37,829 nt of DNA from a virus. Lineage: Duplodnaviria; Caudoviricetes. Under the pieces are notes generated by a model, which was not told the DNA's origin, did no database searches, and worked only from the letters and a program-made list of their open reading frames with translations. Positions 34,570 through 37,829 of this stretch are shown in pieces; within the stretch, counting starts at the first letter, position 1, and each line of letters begins with the position of its first letter. The DNA lies in IMG/VR virus record IMGVR_UViG_3300028145_000046, positions 1-37,829 of that record; one strand, given 5' to 3'. A program made the position numbers and the translations under genes.

Positions 34570-34761
34570 TCAGGCGTACCAGTACGGGTCGTCCCAAACG
34601 ATGTCGGTCGGGGCGTGGGGCATGGGGCGCCCCGATTCGCGCGGGATGAGGTGATTGGGAGGAGGGGGCAGTAGCGGGTAATCGGGCCACCATTTTGGCG
34701 TCCGCGCTGGCCTGCCCGGCGGCTGTGGCTGCGTGTCGCGGGGTTCTTCCATGTCGGGCAT
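34570..34761 (-). CDS. Pro-rich hypothetical peptide
   Basis: ATG immediately after the stop at 34763. Confidence 0.45.
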   Translation of the reverse strand: MPDMEEPRDTQPQPPGRPARTPKWWPDYPLLPPPPNHLIPRESGRPMPHAPTDIVWDDPYWYA

Positions 34762-34762
34762 G

Positions 34763-34951
34763 TCACGCCCCAGACGAGAGTTCTGCCTGCTTGAACCACT
34801 GCCGGGCCGGGTTGTCCTGGGTGTCGAGGTAGTTGACGAGGTAGAAGACCACCCCATCCCGCTGCATCACGGCCTCGACGGTCCCCGTAAGTTCCGGGGC
34901 CACGATCAGGACTGAAGCCCCATCATCAAACGACGGTATTGCCCATGCCAT
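34763..34951 (-). CDS. Small SH3-like protein
   Basis: GGAGG RBS, TAATG overlap; F..G..V...GTV...YLVNY...WF...EL. Confidence 0.65.
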   Translation of the reverse strand: MAWAIPSFDDGASVLIVAPELTGTVEAVMQRDGVVFYLVNYLDTQDNPARQWFKQAELSSGA

Positions 34952-35325
34952 TAGTGCTGCTCCTCCCGATGCTGGTACACGATGCCCTTGAGTTCCGCCA
35001 AGTCTACCTGGATCTTCGTGAGTTTATCCGAGAGTTCCTTGCGGTTCGCCTCGGCATCCGCGAGGGCCTTATCCGCGACCTTCTTGGCTTCGTCGGCCTT
35101 GGCGTCCGAGGCCCGCAGGCTTTCGGCGTTGTTGGACCTGAGTTGTCCTAGAGCTTCGTGGTCGGTCCAGATCACCCAGCCGATGAAGCAGATGAGCGCG
35201 AAAGCGATGGCGCCCACCGCCCGTTCAAAGTTCCCAAGATAGACCGTCTCCTGGCCGGACTCGTTGACCTTCTTCGTCATGTGAGGCCAACTTGCCGTGA
35301 GCCAGCTTTGTGGGAGCGCTTCCAC
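34951..35325 (-). CDS. N-terminal TM plus coiled-coil protein (i-spanin- or holin-like topology); start may be the ATG at 35280
   Basis: AVGAIAFALICFIGWVIW followed by heptad-rich helix. Confidence 0.7.
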   Translation of the reverse strand: MEALPQSWLTASWPHMTKKVNESGQETVYLGNFERAVGAIAFALICFIGWVIWTDHEALGQLRSNNAESLRASDAKADEAKKVADKALADAEANRKELSDKLTKIQVDLAELKGIVYQHREEQH

Positions 35326-35374
35326 GCCCGAATCCTTGGGGTGCCGCGTGAATACGACGCAAGTACGGTGTGAA

Positions 35375-35764
35375 TCACGGATGGCCCCTGAGAACGGCGA
35401 CGATGCCGAAGATGATCCCCGCCAATCCTACCACAGCCACGAGGATAGCCCATCCCTGCCCTAGTCCCTTTGACTGGGACTGTCTTTCGAGGGTTGAGTC
35501 TTCGAGGACCTTGAGCCGCATCTCGGCCTCGGCCCGCGGCATGAGCGTGCGGAACTGATCGGCTAACTGCCCCCTGAACTCATTGACCGCACTGAACCGA
35601 TTGTCTGTGGCTATCTCCGCCTTGGTCACGGCCCTCTGCATGGCGGAAAACCGTTCGTCGTTGAGTTTGATGTGCCCATCGAGCTTGGAATCGATCAGGT
35701 TCCGCTCGGCGAGGATGCGCGATTCGATGTAGTCGCGCAGTGGGACGGGGCTTGGTTCGCTCAC
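35375..35764 (-). CDS. Coiled-coil protein with C-terminal TM anchor
   Basis: RF.AVNEFRGQLADQ, C-terminal GWAILVAVVGLAGIIFGIVAVL. Confidence 0.75.
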   Translation of the reverse strand: MSEPSPVPLRDYIESRILAERNLIDSKLDGHIKLNDERFSAMQRAVTKAEIATDNRFSAVNEFRGQLADQFRTLMPRAEAEMRLKVLEDSTLERQSQSKGLGQGWAILVAVVGLAGIIFGIVAVLRGHP

Positions 35765-35777
35765 GGCTATCCCCGTC

Positions 35778-36485
35778 TTACGGCAGCGTGGGGATGCCTG
35801 GCGTGGTTGCCTTGCTCTTACTCACGCTGTCGGGCGTTGCGTTCCAGACGGCGATAGCGGCTGGGTGGTCAAGTGTGCTGGCCAACATCGCGTCGTGAAC
35901 AATGATCTGGGCTGGAGTGGCCCCTGTCGCAATCATCGCGTCAGAGGATGCGACCGCAGCCGCGCCCTTTGCCGCCGCCGTGGTACTGGTGCTTGTCCCT
36001 CGCCAGTTGCCAAGCAGGGTGCCAACAGCGGTCAGGACCGCCGCGAACCCGTAGACGTACGGCGCAGCCGGCCCAGTGAATGGCGCGATGGCACTGGCTC
36101 CAGCGGCGCCCTGGTTCACTCCGCCGATCACGCTGTCGAGCTTGTCGGCGTTGGCCTGGGTCTTCGCATTCAGGTCGGTGATCGCCTTTTGAGCCTCGTT
36201 GCTCTGGGCAACGCTCTGGTCGCGGACAGACCTCGCCTGCTCGATCTGGGCGTTCAGGGCTGCGATCTTGGAGGTGTCGGTGCTGTTGGCGTTCCGCAGG
36301 TCGTTGATCTGGCTCTGGAGGTACTGCATCTGCGCGTTGGCGGCCGTGGCATTGGTGTCGGCCGTGGTCTTGGCCGTGGTGAGGGCTTGCTGCTTGGCGA
36401 CGGTTTCGGGGCTGTTGGGCAGGGCGCAGGCGACGATGAATAGGCAGGCGAGGACGGCGGCGATCAGAAGCGAGCAGTTCCGCAT
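35778..36485 (-). CDS. Lipoprotein with long coiled coil and distal TM segment (unimolecular-spanin-like topology)
   Basis: MRNCSLLIAAVLACLFIVA-C lipobox; Q/A/N heptads; YVYGFAAVLTAVGTLLG; AAGGAG RBS. Confidence 0.7.
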   Translation of the reverse strand: MRNCSLLIAAVLACLFIVACALPNSPETVAKQQALTTAKTTADTNATAANAQMQYLQSQINDLRNANSTDTSKIAALNAQIEQARSVRDQSVAQSNEAQKAITDLNAKTQANADKLDSVIGGVNQGAAGASAIAPFTGPAAPYVYGFAAVLTAVGTLLGNWRGTSTSTTAAAKGAAAVASSDAMIATGATPAQIIVHDAMLASTLDHPAAIAVWNATPDSVSKSKATTPGIPTLP

Positions 36486-36523
36486 TGGGGTTCTCCTTGG
36501 GAGGAGTATACCGTTCAGCGCAT

Positions 36524-36569
36524 GAAAAAACCCGGCGCACGGACTCTGAATCCGCCTAGGCACGCCGGG
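36524..36569 (-). terminator. Intrinsic terminator after the DUF6745 operon, followed by a TATACT -10 (36510-36505) for the lysis cluster
   Basis: CCCGGCGTG...TGCGCCGGG-TTTTTTC. Confidence 0.75.
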
Positions 36570-36581
36570 CATGGAGACTGC

Positions 36582-37043
36582 TTAGTCGTGTGAGCGACGT
36601 TCCTGCTTGGTTTCCGCGTCAAGGTTCCGCTGATAGCGGCATAGGACCGTCATCGGATCGTCGATGAAGACCGTCCCGTGCGGCTTGTCGTGCCCGGGAT
36701 CATGGACAATGGCGCCGGGCCTGTCGAACACGATGCACGGGCCGCGCAAGTCCGTGTCACTCTCGCCCCACTTCGCCGGCCGGTAGAGCTTCACGCCTTC
36801 CAGCGAACGAAGCCGATGGTGCGATCCCTGCCCGCTCTCGGGAACCAGTTGACGATCCGCGTCGGTCGGCTTCACGACGAGGATGTAGTCGTTCGGAATC
36901 TGCGAAACGACCTCGATGCCCAGGTCCCCTTGCCACACGCCGTCGCCCGCTTGATGCGTCGAGTTCAGGTGAAAAGGCAGGCCCGGCGCAACCGTCTCGG
37001 TATGGGCCTTGAGTTTCTTGGACACTTGTTCTGCCGTTACCAT
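36582..37043 (-). CDS. QGD-motif His-rich protein, usual neighbour of DUF6745 genes
   Basis: WQGDL, GSHHRL, H..HG.V, YQR motifs; GGAG RBS. Confidence 0.75.
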   Translation of the reverse strand: MVTAEQVSKKLKAHTETVAPGLPFHLNSTHQAGDGVWQGDLGIEVVSQIPNDYILVVKPTDADRQLVPESGQGSHHRLRSLEGVKLYRPAKWGESDTDLRGPCIVFDRPGAIVHDPGHDKPHGTVFIDDPMTVLCRYQRNLDAETKQERRSHD

Positions 37044-37056
37044 TCGATTTCTCCAT

Positions 37057-37829
37057 TCAGGTTCTGGACAACACGCGGAAGGGGCGTGACCCTGCTAGCC
37101 ATTGGCGGGCAAGCTCGCACGTTTTGACGGTCGGCGGCACTTGAAGAGGCGGGCACACGCGACCTGATGGGCAGGTTGGCCAGAGGTACACCGCGCCGTT
37201 TTTGTCTTTGAGCAGGGCCTCGTGGGTGTTCTCGATGTGGTTGGGCTGCTCATCAAGGACGATGGCGCCGGTTTCGGCGAGATATCTGCCGATCCCGAAC
37301 CGTTGGATACGGATGGCACGGATGTCGTTGTTTTCCTCAGACTCAATCTCTTTGATCGTCTGCGTGTGCGGCTCCAACACGACATGCGCAGGAACCAAGT
37401 TTCCATCCAGGAAATAGAGGTTTTCTATGTCGTTCTCAAGCGTTGATCCCTCGTCGCAATGAAGTGTGCGCATGCCCCGCTCGGTTCTCACCACTACTTT
37501 CGGCTTCGCCACCCAGTAGAGGTGCGTAGGCGTCCAAACGAGCATCCATGCCCCAGCTACGAACGCCTCGTAGCATGGCCACGCCCAAGTCTCGACCTTG
37601 GTAGCCTTGATTTGGCGAGCCCCAATCGCAAATGTTGCGAGCCAGGAAAGATCCCAACTCCAATACCAAGCTGATCTGAGCAAGCACCAGTTTCCGAAGC
37701 GGCGGTATGCACGGGCGTCACTGGCGTCACTGGCGGCACGGGCGTCACTGGCGGCACTGGCGGCACTGGCGGCACGGGCGGCACGGGCGGCACGGGCGGC
37801 ACGGGCGGCACTGGCGGCACGGGCGTCAC
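37057..37829 (-). CDS. 3' part of DUF6745-like protein (repeat then ...ARAYRRFGNWCLLRSAWYW...LHC.EG...LYFLDG..VP...E.N.DIR..RIQRFG...CPSGR...VPP...C..A..W)
   Basis: Frame open from the contig end through the repeat into ORF 37057..37683; DUF6745-type motifs recognised by eye. Confidence 0.8.
   Translation of the reverse strand, partial: DARAASAARAARAARAARAASAASAASDARAASDASDARAYRRFGNWCLLRSAWYWSWDLSWLATFAIGARQIKATKVETWAWPCYEAFVAGAWMLVWTPTHLYWVAKPKVVVRTERGMRTLHCDEGSTLENDIENLYFLDGNLVPAHVVLEPHTQTIKEIESEENNDIRAIRIQRFGIGRYLAETGAIVLDEQPNHIENTHEALLKDKNGAVYLWPTCPSGRVCPPLQVPPTVKTCELARQWLAGSRPFRVLSRT
37709..37829. repeat. Continuation of the 9-bp tandem array (13 full units plus a partial)
   Basis: Unit order B C C B C A A B B B B A B C(partial). 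Confidence 0.97.

Larger units (their letters stand above)
1..37829. mobile_element. Probably complete tailed phage genome (Caudoviricetes, siphovirus-like, HK97-type head); host possibly Planctomycetota
   Basis: Full packaging, head, neck and tail gene order plus recombination and replication modules; no host housekeeping genes; both ends lie in the same 9-bp repeat inside one gene. Confidence 0.93.

Noticed and set aside
37557-37829. ORF reading PVPPVPPV...
   Set aside because: Alternative frame of the repeat; the ASA/ARA/ASD frame is the one continuous with the DUF6745-like domain
1-37829. Alternative genetic code or stop-codon recoding
   Set aside because: Core genes are intact in the standard code, and TAA, TAG and TGA all serve as stops with tight gene coupling

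Overview
The window is very probably one complete, circular (or circularly permuted) ~37.8 kb GC-rich tailed-phage genome, opened inside a 9-bp tandem repeat. The two ends are the two halves of one gene (DUF6745-like) whose repeat encodes A-[S/R]-[A/D] tripeptides. A divergent promoter switch at ~8.46-8.55 kb drives a leftward early arm (ERF, YqaJ exonuclease, replication initiator with internal iterons, HNH, Zn-finger proteins, DnaA-C-like HTH, N6/N4 methyltransferase, DUF1064 nuclease). It also drives a rightward arm (small HTH/AT-hook protein, many small ORFs, a putative DxE TIM-barrel glycoside hydrolase, a beta-helix depolymerase-like protein). The minus-strand late region runs from a membrane/lysis cluster through TerS, TerL, portal-gpF fusion, protease, HK97 capsid, neck, tail tube, a short tape measure, and Gly-rich and Cys-rich tail proteins. 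GACC Cys-rich repeats suggest a Planctomycetota (Phycisphaerae-like) host (inference). I recognise no integrase, CI-type repressor, canonical endolysin or tail assembly chaperone. The most novel signals are: (1) a kissing-loop two-hairpin RNA leader upstream of the replication initiator; (2) a lysis cluster with no recognisable endolysin but a coiled-coil lipoprotein with unimolecular-spanin topology; (3) twin 28-bp palindromes exactly 100 bp apart before terS; (4) six apparently leaderless genes; (5) a tRNA-like element; (6) the three-letter repeat array in the DUF6745 gene. All calls come from reading motifs by eye; no searches or folding were run.
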